Below are positions 23,607 through 32,000 of a stretch of DNA of 32,000 bases, in pieces (within the stretch, counting starts at the first letter, position 1; every line of letters starts with the position of its first letter). A model generated the notes under the pieces. That model had not been told where the DNA came from, ran no database searches, and saw only the letters and a list, made by a program, of their open reading frames with translations. The stretch is taken from contig NC_000962.3 of NCBI RefSeq assembly GCF_000195955.2, positions 3,720,001 to 3,752,000 on the forward strand. The letters run 5' to 3'. The position numbers and the translations under genes are program-made. The stretch comes from Mycobacterium tuberculosis H37Rv. GTDB lineage: Bacteria; Actinomycetota; Actinomycetes; Mycobacteriales; Mycobacteriaceae.

Positions 23607-23710
23607 CATACGCGATCGGTGATGCCGCCCTGAAGCCGAGGTCGACGGCAGCGCGGAGACGTTCGAGAAGACGTCGCGGTGAGGTCAATCCCGGTGTGAC
23701 CAACGGCCGG

Positions 23711-26700
23711 TTACGGCCCGGTGCCCGCGAACAGCAGGCCCGACAGCTGCTGGCCGACGTTCATAAAGCCCGAGACGAAGGCCGATGTGACCAGGCCAAG
23801 CGTGCCCGTGTTGTACACGCCCGAGATGCCCGCGCCACGGTTGAGGATGCCGGAGAGCTGGGTGCCGAAATTGGCGAAGCCCGACGCCGACCCGAGCAGC
23901 GGATCCGAGATCGCGTTGAGCACCCCCGACATGCCCGACCCGGAGTTGGAGAAGCCGGACCCGCCACCACCGCCGGTGTTGAAGAAGCCCGACGACGGCG
24001 CGGTGGTGTCGTTGCCAAAGCCCGGTGCTCCGCCGAACCCGAAAATCGGGAGGCTGACGGGGCCGATGGTGGTGCTGGCGTGTAACTCCACCGGGATCCG
24101 GTCGATAACGACCGTCGGGAGATCAAAGGGTGGGGTGCCGCCGGACAAACCGAGGCCCAGCGGGAGTTGGGGAATCAGGGTGCCGCCCGGGATGGTGAAG
24201 CCCGGAATGGTCAGCGACAGCGGCAGGCCGATGTGGATGGGTCCGGTGGGAATGGTGAATCCGGGGAAGTGCAGTGTCGTCGGGTTCAAGTTGATGGGTG
24301 CCACGGTGAATGGTTGAAGTATGGAGACCTCGCCCCCGGGCATGCCGTCGGGTCCGACCGCGAAGAATGAAAAGCTGGGTCTGACCTTGAATCCGGAGCT
24401 GCTTCCGGACGTCATCCTGATCTCCGAGACGGCAGCATCCAAACTTAGGCCAGGGATGGTGAGGGTGATGGGGTCCACGGTGATAGGGCCGACGTCGAAG
24501 GTGGGATCGATGCCCAGGTGGATCGAGGGGATGGCGATGTTCGGGATGCTGATCGGCCCGATGTGGCCGATCGCGGCGAAGCCCAACGGGATGGACGGGA
24601 TGTGGATGGGCGGAATGATGGTGGCGGGGCCGATGTCGCCGGTGACGTCGGCGCCCACCGCGGGGAACAGCGGAATGGGGTACCCGAAGGAGAAGCCGGC
24701 CAAGCCCTCGTAATTGCCCCGCCATAAGATGCCGTTGCTAAAGTTGCCCGTGATGAGGGCGCCGGTGTTGACATTGCCCGCGTTGGCGACGCCGGTGTTG
24801 GCGTTACCGGTGTTGAACCAGCCGGTGTTGGTGCTGCCTGGGTTGAAGCCACCGGTGTTGGTGTCACCAGCATTGAAGCTGCCCGTGTTGTACGACCCGG
24901 CGTTTGCCACACCGGTGTTGAAGCCGCCGGCGTTGACCAACCCGGTGCTGGCCACCCCGGAGTTGCCGATACCGGTGTTGTAGCTGCCGGAGTTGAACAA
25001 CCCGAAGTTGGCAGTCCCGGAGTTGAAGAAGCCGATATTGCCTGTGCCGGAGTTGAACAGGCCAATGTTGCCAGTGCCGGAGTTCAAGCCGCCGATGCCG
25101 GACTGGTTGTCGCCGGTGAGCCCGATCCCGAGGTTGTTGGTGCCGGTGTTGCCAAACCCGATGTTGCCCAGGCCCATGTTGGCCCAGCCGACGTTGCCGC
25201 TGCCGGCGTTGCCCAGCCCGATATTGCCCATGCCGGCCAGGCCCGCCGCCAGACCCGAATTCCCGAACCCGAAGTTGGCATCGCCGATATTGCCGAACCC
25301 GACGTTGCCGCCGCCGATGTTGCCGAAGCCCAGGTTCACGTCGCCAATGTTGCCGAATCCCAGGTTCACGTCGCCAATGTTGGCCGCACCCAGGTTGAGG
25401 TTGCCGATGTTGCCGAGGCCGACGTTGCCGTTGCCGACGTTAGCCAACCCGATGTTGACGATGGTGATGGGGTTTTGCCCCACGTTGGAGGCCAACAAGC
25501 CCGACAGGTGATCACCGACGTTGCCCAGGCCCGACACCAACGCCGGCGTCCCAAGCGGCAGCGTGCTGGTGTTGTAGATCCCCGACAGCCCCGAACCGAG
25601 GTTGAGCACGCCGGAGTGCAGTGTGCCGACGTTGGCAATACCCGAACCCGCGCCTGCCAAAGCGGTGTGCGCCTGGTTCCACCACCCCGACATGTTCGCG
25701 CCGAAGTTGCCGAAACCCGAGCCCCCGCCCGCCCCGGTGTTGAAGAAGCCCGACGACGGAACGGTGGTGGTGTTCCCAATGCCCGGGGTGGGCGGGATGT
25801 TGATCAGCGGGATGTCGCCGGCGATGACGTAGAGTTCGCCGTCGGCGTTCGCCGGGATCTCCGGGAACGTGATCGCCGGAATGGTGGCGCCGGGGGTGCC
25901 GACGAACACATCCAGGTTCAGCAGCGAGTTCGCCGGGAACGTCAGACCACCGGGGAACAGGGTGATCGCGTCGATGCTGCCCGGCACCTGGAAACCCAAC
26001 GGGATCTGGTGAATATTGAGCGCCGGGGTGTTGAACGCCTGAGATGCCGCATTGAAGACGGCATGCACCGGGCCGGTCGTGCTGAGCGTCGGGATTCCCG
26101 AGATGATATTGCCGCCGACGAACAGGTCACCGGCGTTGTAGATTCTGCCGACCGAGTACCACGTTGGGCCGATCGCACCGGATGACGTCCAGACGATAAA
26201 CGGCTCTATTTCGCTGGTCGCCCCGACCGACGCGGCCATATCGAGGACCGCTCGTGCGGCGGTCAGGGCGGGAATGGTGACCGAGGGGACCGCGATGGGG
26301 CCGAAGCCGACGCTTCCGGTGACGTTCGGATTGAGGGCGGGAATATCGATTTGCGGGATGGTGAAGGCGCCCATCGCCGCGTTGCCGGTCAGGTGCGCGT
26401 TGATCGCCAGAACCGGGATGGGCGGGACGACCACCGGGCCGAAGGCCCCGGTGAAATGCGCGTCCAGGATGGTGATCCGGGGAACGTCGAGGCTGTAGGA
26501 ATAGCTGAATAGGCCTTCGTAGTTGCCCCGCCACAGGATGCCGTTGCTGAAGTTGCCCGACATGAGGGCGCCGGTGTCGACATTGCCCGAGTTCGCGATG
26601 CCGGTGTTGGCGTTACCGGTGTTGAACCAGCCGGTGTTGATGCTGCCCGGGTTGAAGCCACCGGTGTTGGTGTCACCGACATTGAAGCTGCCCGTGTTGT

Positions 26701-29700
26701 ACGACCCGGCGTTGGCCAGACCCGTAGTGAAACCACCGGCATTGAAAAGCCCAGTACTGCCCGTTCCGCTATTACCGATGCCGGTGTTGAAGCTGCCCGA
26801 GTTGAACAACCCCCAGTTTCCGGTCCCGGAGTTGAAGAACCCGATGTTGCCGGTGCCGGAGTTGAACAGGCCAATGTTGCCGGCACCGGAGTTCAAGCCG
26901 CCGATGCCGGTCTGGTTGTCGCCGGTCAGCCCAATCCCGAGGTTGTTGGTGCCGGTGTTGGCGAACCCGATGTTGCCCACACCCATGTTGGCCAGGCCAA
27001 CGTTGGTGCTGCCCGCATTGCCCAACCCGATATTGCCGATGCCGAGCGCCGCCCCCAGGCCCGAATTGCCAAACCCGACGTTGCCGTGGCCGATATTGCC
27101 GAAGCCGACGTTGGCGTTCCCGATATTGCCCAACCCTAGGTTGAGGTCGCCGAGGTTGGCCGCGCCCAGGTTGAAGTCCCCAACGTTGCCCAACCCGAGG
27201 TTGTAGTTGCCGACATCGGCCAACCCGAGGTTGATGATGGGGCTTTGGGTCAACGCCGTCCCGGCCGCCAACACCCCCGACAGCTGCTGGCCCACGTTGC
27301 CGGCACCCGACACCAGCGCCGGCGTCCCCAAACCCACGATAGCGGTGTTGTACAGCCCCGATATCCCCGAGCCGACGTTCAGCACACCCGAGTTCAGCGT
27401 GCCAACGTTGAGAACGCCCGAGCCCGCGCCCGCCAACGCGGCATGCGCCTGGTTCCACCAGCCTGAGCTGCCGGCCCCGAAGTTGCCGAAACCCGACACC
27501 CCGCCCGCGCCGGAGTTGAAGAAACCCGACGACGGGGTGGCGGTCGCGTTCCCGAAGCCGGGCGTCGGCGGAACGATGATGATCGGAACGCTGCTGTCCG
27601 GCACGCTGATGTTGAGGGCCAGGCTCAGTGGCAGCGGATCGATCGTGAAACCACCCGGGAATATCGTGATCGGATCCAGCACGCCGGACGCATCGATGGT
27701 CAACGGGATCGCATTTTGCGGGATGTTGAGGCCACCGGGGAACAGCGTGAAGGCCGGAAGACCGCCCGACACATCGATCTTGAGCGGGATAGGCGATGTC
27801 GTGATCGTTGGGATGGTGACGGTTGGGAGGGTTAGTGCGAGGCTACCGGTGGTTGCGCTGCTGGGACCGGTATGGATCAGGATGCCCTGAGTGGGTGCGG
27901 TGACAAAGCCACCACTCATTCCGGTTGAGTTGGACGCCCCAACGATCCAGTTGTCGCCGAGCGCATTCACGAACAGCAACGGAAGTCTGAAGGGCGGCGG
28001 GGCGGGGGCCGGGGGCGTGTCGAGCGGAATCGTGTAGGTCTGACCGCCGATCGTCATGCTCGGCAGGAAGACGATGGGCGGGATGACCATCGTTTCGTGG
28101 ATGTCCAGCACCACTGCGGGGACATCGATGGGCTCGATCCTGAAGGGCCCGATGTTGACGAGTTCGTGGATGTCGAACAGCGACATGCCGGGAATATCGA
28201 TCTGATCGATGTGGACGGGACCGAGGTTGAGGGTTTCGTTGATGTCCACCAGGGTGCTGCCGGTGATTTCGATGCTGTAGGAGAAGCCGACCAGCCCGTG
28301 GTGATCACCGGTCCACAGCGCGCCGTTGTTGAAGCTGCCGGAGTTGAACGCGCCGGTGTTGACATTGCCCGTGTTGAAGCCGCCGGTGTTGGTGTGGCCG
28401 GCGTTGAACCAGCCGGTGTTGACATTGCCAGGGTTGAAGCCGCCGGTGTTGGTGTTGCCCGCGTTGAGGCTGCCGGTGTTGTAACTACCGGCATTGGCCA
28501 GACCCGTGTTGAAACTCCCGGCATTGAAAAGCCCGGTACTGCCCGTTCCGCTGTTACCGATGCCGGTGTTGTAGCTGCCCGAGTTGAACAACCCCCAGTT
28601 TCCGGTCCCGGTGTTGAAGAACCCGATGTTGCCGGTGCCGGAGTTGAACAACCCCAGGTTGCCGGCACCGGAGTTCAGGCCGCCGAACCCGGTCTGGTTG
28701 TCGCCGGTCAGCCCGATCCCGAGGTTGTTGGTGCCGGTATTGCCGAACCCGATGTTGCCCAGGCCCATGTTGCCGAAGCCGACGTTGTTGCTGCCGGCGT
28801 TGCCCAACCCGATGTTGCCGATCCCCGGCAGCGCCCCCAGGCCCGAGTTGCCGAACCCGACATTGCCGTGGCCGAGGTTGCCGAACCCGACGTTGCCGTC
28901 CCCGAGGTTGCCCAACCCCAGGTTCTGCCCGCCGAGGTTGCCACCGCCGAGGTTGAGGTTGCCGAGGTTGCCCGCGCCCAGGTTGACGTCGCCGACGTTG
29001 GCGAAGCCGAGGTTGTAGCTGCCGACGTTGCCCAGGTTGACGATGTTCAGCGGATTCAGGTGCCGCAGCTCGGCGATCGCCGCGTCGATGATGCTCGGCT
29101 GCCCGGAGCCGCCCGACCCGCCGCTGGTCAGCATCGCCAGCAGGCCATCGATGGACACCCCCGACACGTGGTTGCCCAGGTTGCCGAAACCCGAGATCAC
29201 CGCCGGCGCGGAGCCCAGCGTGCTCACGTTGAACATGCCCGAGATGTCGACGCCGGAGTTCAGCACACCGGATGCCAGGCTGCCGGCATTGCCCAGGCCG
29301 GAGAGCGTCCCCACCATCGGACTCGAGGCCTGGTTCAGCAAGCCGGACACCCCCGCGCCGAAGTTGGCGATGCCCGAGCCGCCACCGCCGCCGGTGTTGA
29401 AGAAGCCCGACGACGGCAGCTCGGTCGAGTTGCCAAAGCCCGGCAGCGCCGGAATGTCGATGATCGAGATGTTGATGGGTCCGGCGCTGCTGAGAACGTC
29501 GAAGTTCAGCGGAATCGGGTCGATCCTGGTGCCGGTGATGGTGACCGCCGGAATGTCGACGGACACATCGATCGGCACGACCTCCGACATCGAAATTCCG
29601 TTGATAGTGGAGGCCGGGATGTCGATCGGCGGAATGTCGATGGGTATGGATTGGCTGAACGAGATTGCCGGCAATTCGATGGCGTCGATGGTCTGCTGCA

Positions 29701-32000
29701 GCGGCAGGGCCAATCCGCCCAGCGTTGCCGAAGTAAGGGGTATGGCGACCTGTATCTGAACCGAGATTGTGGGATCGGGAAATTCATTTGGGAACGCGTC
29801 GTGGAGGAACTGAAGCTTGAGGTTAACGTTGAACGGATTGAGCTGGACGTTTGAGACGGTGATCGGGCCGAACCTGAATTGTCCGGTAATGCCCAGCGCA
29901 GAAAGCAGGGTGGTGGCCGGGGCGGTGAAGCCGGCGTCGGCGGCACCGTCGAAGTCGATGTGGATTGCCGGAATGGGGATGTCCGGCACGGCGAAGCCGT
30001 AGTTCGCTTGTCCCGTGAGGCCCAGGTGGATGGGGGGAAGGATCGTGGTGTCCGGGATGATAATGGGGCCGATGCCGCCGGTTGAAGTCCAGTGGATCGG
30101 GAATTCGGGAATCGTGATGCCGACGTTCAGGCCGAACAGGCCCTCGAAGTTGCCTCGCCACAAGATGCCGTTGCTGAAGTTGCCCGACATGAGGGCGCCG
30201 GTGTCGACATTGCCCGAATTGGCGACGCCGGTGTTGGCGTTGCCGGTGTTGAACCAGCCGGTGTTGATGCTGCCCGGGTTGAAACCACCGGTGTTGGTGT
30301 CACCCACATTGAAGCTGCCCGTGTTGTACGACCCAGGGTTGGCCACACCGGTATTGAAATTACCGGCATTGAAAAGCCCAGTACTGCCCGTTCCGCCATT
30401 GCCGATGCCGGTGTTGAAGCTGCCCGAGTTGAACAACCCGAAGTTCCCGGTCCCGGAGTTGAACAACCCGACGTTGCCGGTGCCGGAGTTGAACAACCCG
30501 ATGTTGCCGGCACCGGAGTTCAAGCCGCCGATCCCAGTCTGGTTGTCCCCGGTCAGCCCAATCCCGAGGTTGTTGGTGCCGGTGTTACCGAACCCGATGT
30601 TGCCCACACCCATGTTGCCGAAGCCGACGTTGCCGCTGCCGGCATTGCCCAACCCGATGTTGCCCACCCCGGCCAGGCCCGCCGCCAGACCCGCATTGCC
30701 CAACCCGAAGTTGGCATCGCCGATATTGCCGAACCCGACGTTGCCGCCGCCGACATTGCCCAAACCCACGTTCAAGTCGCCGATATTGGCCGCACCCAGG
30801 TTGAAGTCCCCGACGTTGCCGAAACCGACGTTTACGCTGCCCACATCGGCCAACCCGAGATTGATGATGAGGCTCTGGTTGAGTGCCGTCCCCGCCGAGG
30901 ACAACCCCGACAGCTGCTCACCAACATTGCCGATGCCCGAGACCACCGCCGGGGTCCCCGGCGGCAACCCGCCGGTGTTGTACAGCCCCGACACACCCGA
31001 GCCGAAGTTCAGCACACCCGATCCCAGCGAACCGAAATTGGCGAAACCCGAACCCGCCCCAGCCACCTCGGTCTGCGCCTGGTTCCACCAACCCGAGCTG
31101 CCCGCACCGAAATTCCCGAAGCCCGACACCCCACCGTCGCCGGAGTTGAAGAAACCCGACGACGGAGCGGTGGTCGTGTTGCCAAAGCCCGGGGTCGCCG
31201 GGATATTAACGCCGTTGATCAGGATAGGGCCGACAGTGACGCTGGCGCCGAGGTTCAGCGGGATGCGGTCGATCGTGATCGGCGGGGTGCTGAAGCCGTC
31301 AATCTGGCCGTCTATGTCGATCGTCAGCGGCAGCGGCGCAGCGGGAATGGTGAAGCCCGGGATCGTGAATCCCAGCGTGCCGATCGACGCGCTGGCCAGC
31401 AGCGCCAGTGGATTGTTGGGAATACTGATGCCATTCGGGAAGATCGTTACTGCCGGGGTACTCCAGTTGACGGTCACCGGGAATGACTGGTTAATTCTGG
31501 TGTCGATATTAAGGTTACCTAATTGGAGGGTGACGTTGCCGGCAAGATCTTTGATTTCGATTCCTGAAATGTTGACGACCCCCAAGCCAAAGAAGGGGCC
31601 GACGGGGAAAGTCGTGTTGAAGTTCTGAGCCGGGAACAGGGTGATGGGCGAGATGGTGATGGGGCCGACGCTGATAGGTATGGCCGTACCGCCACCAAAA
31701 GCGGGGATCACGATGTCCGGAACGACCAGCGGGCCGAGGCTGAAGGTTTGGTGAATGTTGAGCGGGATGGTGGGCAAAATCTGGATCGGCAACACGGTGA
31801 TGGGGCCGACGCCGCCGTTGAGCTCGAGACCAATGGGGATCGCCGGAATGGTCGATCCACCGGAGAGCCCCCACAGGCCCTCGTAGTCACCCCGCCACAG
31901 CACACCGTTGCTGAAGTTGCCCGAGATGAACGCGCCGGTGTTGACATTGCCCGAGTTGGCGATGCCGGTGTTGGTGTTGCCGGTGTTCAGCCAGCCGGTG
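23711..32000 (-). CDS. PPE55: PPE-family protein, MPTR subclass; N-terminus lies beyond the window
   Basis: Continuous open frame to the window edge with FNxGxxNxG repeats and recurrent GFGN(S/T)TTxPSSGFFN(S/T)GxGG modules. The ORF track's start at 31903 is an internal Met. Confidence 0.95.
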   Translation of the reverse strand, partial: TGWLNTGNTNTGIANSGNVNTGAFISGNFSNGVLWRGDYEGLWGLSGGSTIPAIPIGLELNGGVGPITVLPIQILPTIPLNIHQTFSLGPLVVPDIVIPAFGGGTAIPISVGPITISPITLFPAQNFNTTFPVGPFFGLGVVNISGIEIKDLAGNVTLQLGNLNIDTRINQSFPVTVNWSTPAVTIFPNGISIPNNPLALLASASIGTLGFTIPGFTIPAAPLPLTIDIDGQIDGFSTPPITIDRIPLNLGASVTVGPILINGVNIPATPGFGNTTTAPSSGFFNSGDGGVSGFGNFGAGSSGWWNQAQTEVAGAGSGFANFGSLGSGVLNFGSGVSGLYNTGGLPPGTPAVVSGIGNVGEQLSGLSSAGTALNQSLIINLGLADVGSVNVGFGNVGDFNLGAANIGDLNVGLGNVGGGNVGFGNIGDANFGLGNAGLAAGLAGVGNIGLGNAGSGNVGFGNMGVGNIGFGNTGTNNLGIGLTGDNQTGIGGLNSGAGNIGLFNSGTGNVGLFNSGTGNFGLFNSGSFNTGIGNGGTGSTGLFNAGNFNTGVANPGSYNTGSFNVGDTNTGGFNPGSINTGWFNTGNANTGVANSGNVDTGALMSGNFSNGILWRGNFEGLFGLNVGITIPEFPIHWTSTGGIGPIIIPDTTILPPIHLGLTGQANYGFAVPDIPIPAIHIDFDGAADAGFTAPATTLLSALGITGQFRFGPITVSNVQLNPFNVNLKLQFLHDAFPNEFPDPTISVQIQVAIPLTSATLGGLALPLQQTIDAIELPAISFSQSIPIDIPPIDIPASTINGISMSEVVPIDVSVDIPAVTITGTRIDPIPLNFDVLSSAGPINISIIDIPALPGFGNSTELPSSGFFNTGGGGGSGIANFGAGVSGLLNQASSPMVGTLSGLGNAGSLASGVLNSGVDISGMFNVSTLGSAPAVISGFGNLGNHVSGVSIDGLLAMLTSGGSGGSGQPSIIDAAIAELRHLNPLNIVNLGNVGSYNLGFANVGDVNLGAGNLGNLNLGGGNLGGQNLGLGNLGDGNVGFGNLGHGNVGFGNSGLGALPGIGNIGLGNAGSNNVGFGNMGLGNIGFGNTGTNNLGIGLTGDNQTGFGGLNSGAGNLGLFNSGTGNIGFFNTGTGNWGLFNSGSYNTGIGNSGTGSTGLFNAGSFNTGLANAGSYNTGSLNAGNTNTGGFNPGNVNTGWFNAGHTNTGGFNTGNVNTGAFNSGSFNNGALWTGDHHGLVGFSYSIEITGSTLVDINETLNLGPVHIDQIDIPGMSLFDIHELVNIGPFRIEPIDVPAVVLDIHETMVIPPIVFLPSMTIGGQTYTIPLDTPPAPAPPPFRLPLLFVNALGDNWIVGASNSTGMSGGFVTAPTQGILIHTGPSSATTGSLALTLPTVTIPTITTSPIPLKIDVSGGLPAFTLFPGGLNIPQNAIPLTIDASGVLDPITIFPGGFTIDPLPLSLALNISVPDSSVPIIIVPPTPGFGNATATPSSGFFNSGAGGVSGFGNFGAGSSGWWNQAHAALAGAGSGVLNVGTLNSGVLNVGSGISGLYNTAIVGLGTPALVSGAGNVGQQLSGVLAAGTALTQSPIINLGLADVGNYNLGLGNVGDFNLGAANLGDLNLGLGNIGNANVGFGNIGHGNVGFGNSGLGAALGIGNIGLGNAGSTNVGLANMGVGNIGFANTGTNNLGIGLTGDNQTGIGGLNSGAGNIGLFNSGTGNIGFFNSGTGNWGLFNSGSFNTGIGNSGTGSTGLFNAGGFTTGLANAGSYNTGSFNVGDTNTGGFNPGSINTGWFNTGNANTGIANSGNVDTGALMSGNFSNGILWRGNYEGLFSYSYSLDVPRITILDAHFTGAFGPVVVPPIPVLAINAHLTGNAAMGAFTIPQIDIPALNPNVTGSVGFGPIAVPSVTIPALTAARAVLDMAASVGATSEIEPFIVWTSSGAIGPTWYSVGRIYNAGDLFVGGNIISGIPTLSTTGPVHAVFNAASQAFNTPALNIHQIPLGFQVPGSIDAITLFPGGLTFPANSLLNLDVFVGTPGATIPAITFPEIPANADGELYVIAGDIPLINIPPTPGIGNTTTVPSSGFFNTGAGGGSGFGNFGANMSGWWNQAHTALAGAGSGIANVGTLHSGVLNLGSGLSGIYNTSTLPLGTPALVSGLGNVGDHLSGLLASNVGQNPITIVNIGLANVGNGNVGLGNIGNLNLGAANIGDVNLGFGNIGDVNLGFGNIGGGNVGFGNIGDANFGFGNSGLAAGLAGMGNIGLGNAGSGNVGWANMGLGNIGFGNTGTNNLGIGLTGDNQSGIGGLNSGTGNIGLFNSGTGNIGFFNSGTANFGLFNSGSYNTGIGNSGVASTGLVNAGGFNTGVANAGSYNTGSFNAGDTNTGGFNPGSTNTGWFNTGNANTGVANAGNVNTGALITGNFSNGILWRGNYEGLAGFSFGYPIPLFPAVGADVTGDIGPATIIPPIHIPSIPLGFAAIGHIGPISIPNIAIPSIHLGIDPTFDVGPITVDPITLTIPGLSLDAAVSEIRMTSGSSSGFKVRPSFSFFAVGPDGMPGGEVSILQPFTVAPINLNPTTLHFPGFTIPTGPIHIGLPLSLTIPGFTIPGGTLIPQLPLGLGLSGGTPPFDLPTVVIDRIPVELHASTTIGPVSLPIFGFGGAPGFGNDTTAPSSGFFNTGGGGGSGFSNSGSGMSGVLNAISDPLLGSASGFANFGTQLSGILNRGAGISGVYNTGTLGLVTSAFVSGFMNVGQQLSGLLFAGTGP
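24720..31910 (-). repeat. ~1.8-kb super-repeat units in PPE55, each starting with a WRG(D/N)(Y/F)(E/Q)G-type motif
   Basis: Anchor (cgccac..gatgccgttgctgaagttgcc and variants) recurs at about 24721, 26530, 28316, 30095 and 31891, a spacing of roughly 1.78-1.81 kb. Confidence 0.75.

Noticed and set aside
28097-29854. 585-aa plus-strand ORF antisense to PPE55
   Set aside because: Same shadow effect as in PPE54, with VE.AGVDIARVEAAGV repeats mirroring the antisense pentapeptides.

Overview
The window is a high-GC mycobacterial region. Gene order and ORF sizes match the Mycobacterium tuberculosis complex locus running from Rv3333c (partial) to Rv3347c/PPE55 (partial). Left to right it contains: a partial DUF732-like Pro-rich secreted protein (-); a MerR-family regulator (+) behind a perfect 22-bp palindrome; a YihY-like membrane protein (-); trpS (-); an alpha/beta hydrolase split by a frameshift (+); a long hairpin between convergent genes; icd1 (-); a SAM-IV-type riboswitch leading a metC-metX-methyltransferase operon (+); PPE54 (-, MPTR class); PE_PGRS49 and PE_PGRS50 (-), which look like one gene split by a 1-nt frameshift; a small DUF3017-like membrane protein (-); and PPE55 (-, MPTR class, running off the right edge). 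Most of this is known biology, and I found no convincing new defence or mobile system. The best second looks are: (1) a degenerate folD / relJ-relK (YefM-YoeB-like) scar at 23452-23606 next to the DUF3017 gene, which suggests a decayed duplicate of the Rv3355c-folD-relJ-relK locus; (2) a MerR-type promoter (TTGACC-19 bp-TAACAC) pointing away from the MerR gene toward an unannotated 21-aa ORF with a strong Shine-Dalgarno; (3) two frameshift-split genes; (4) ~1.8-kb super-repeats and near-identical modules in PPE54/PPE55 that suggest gene conversion; and (5) a PE_PGRS50 start-site correction.
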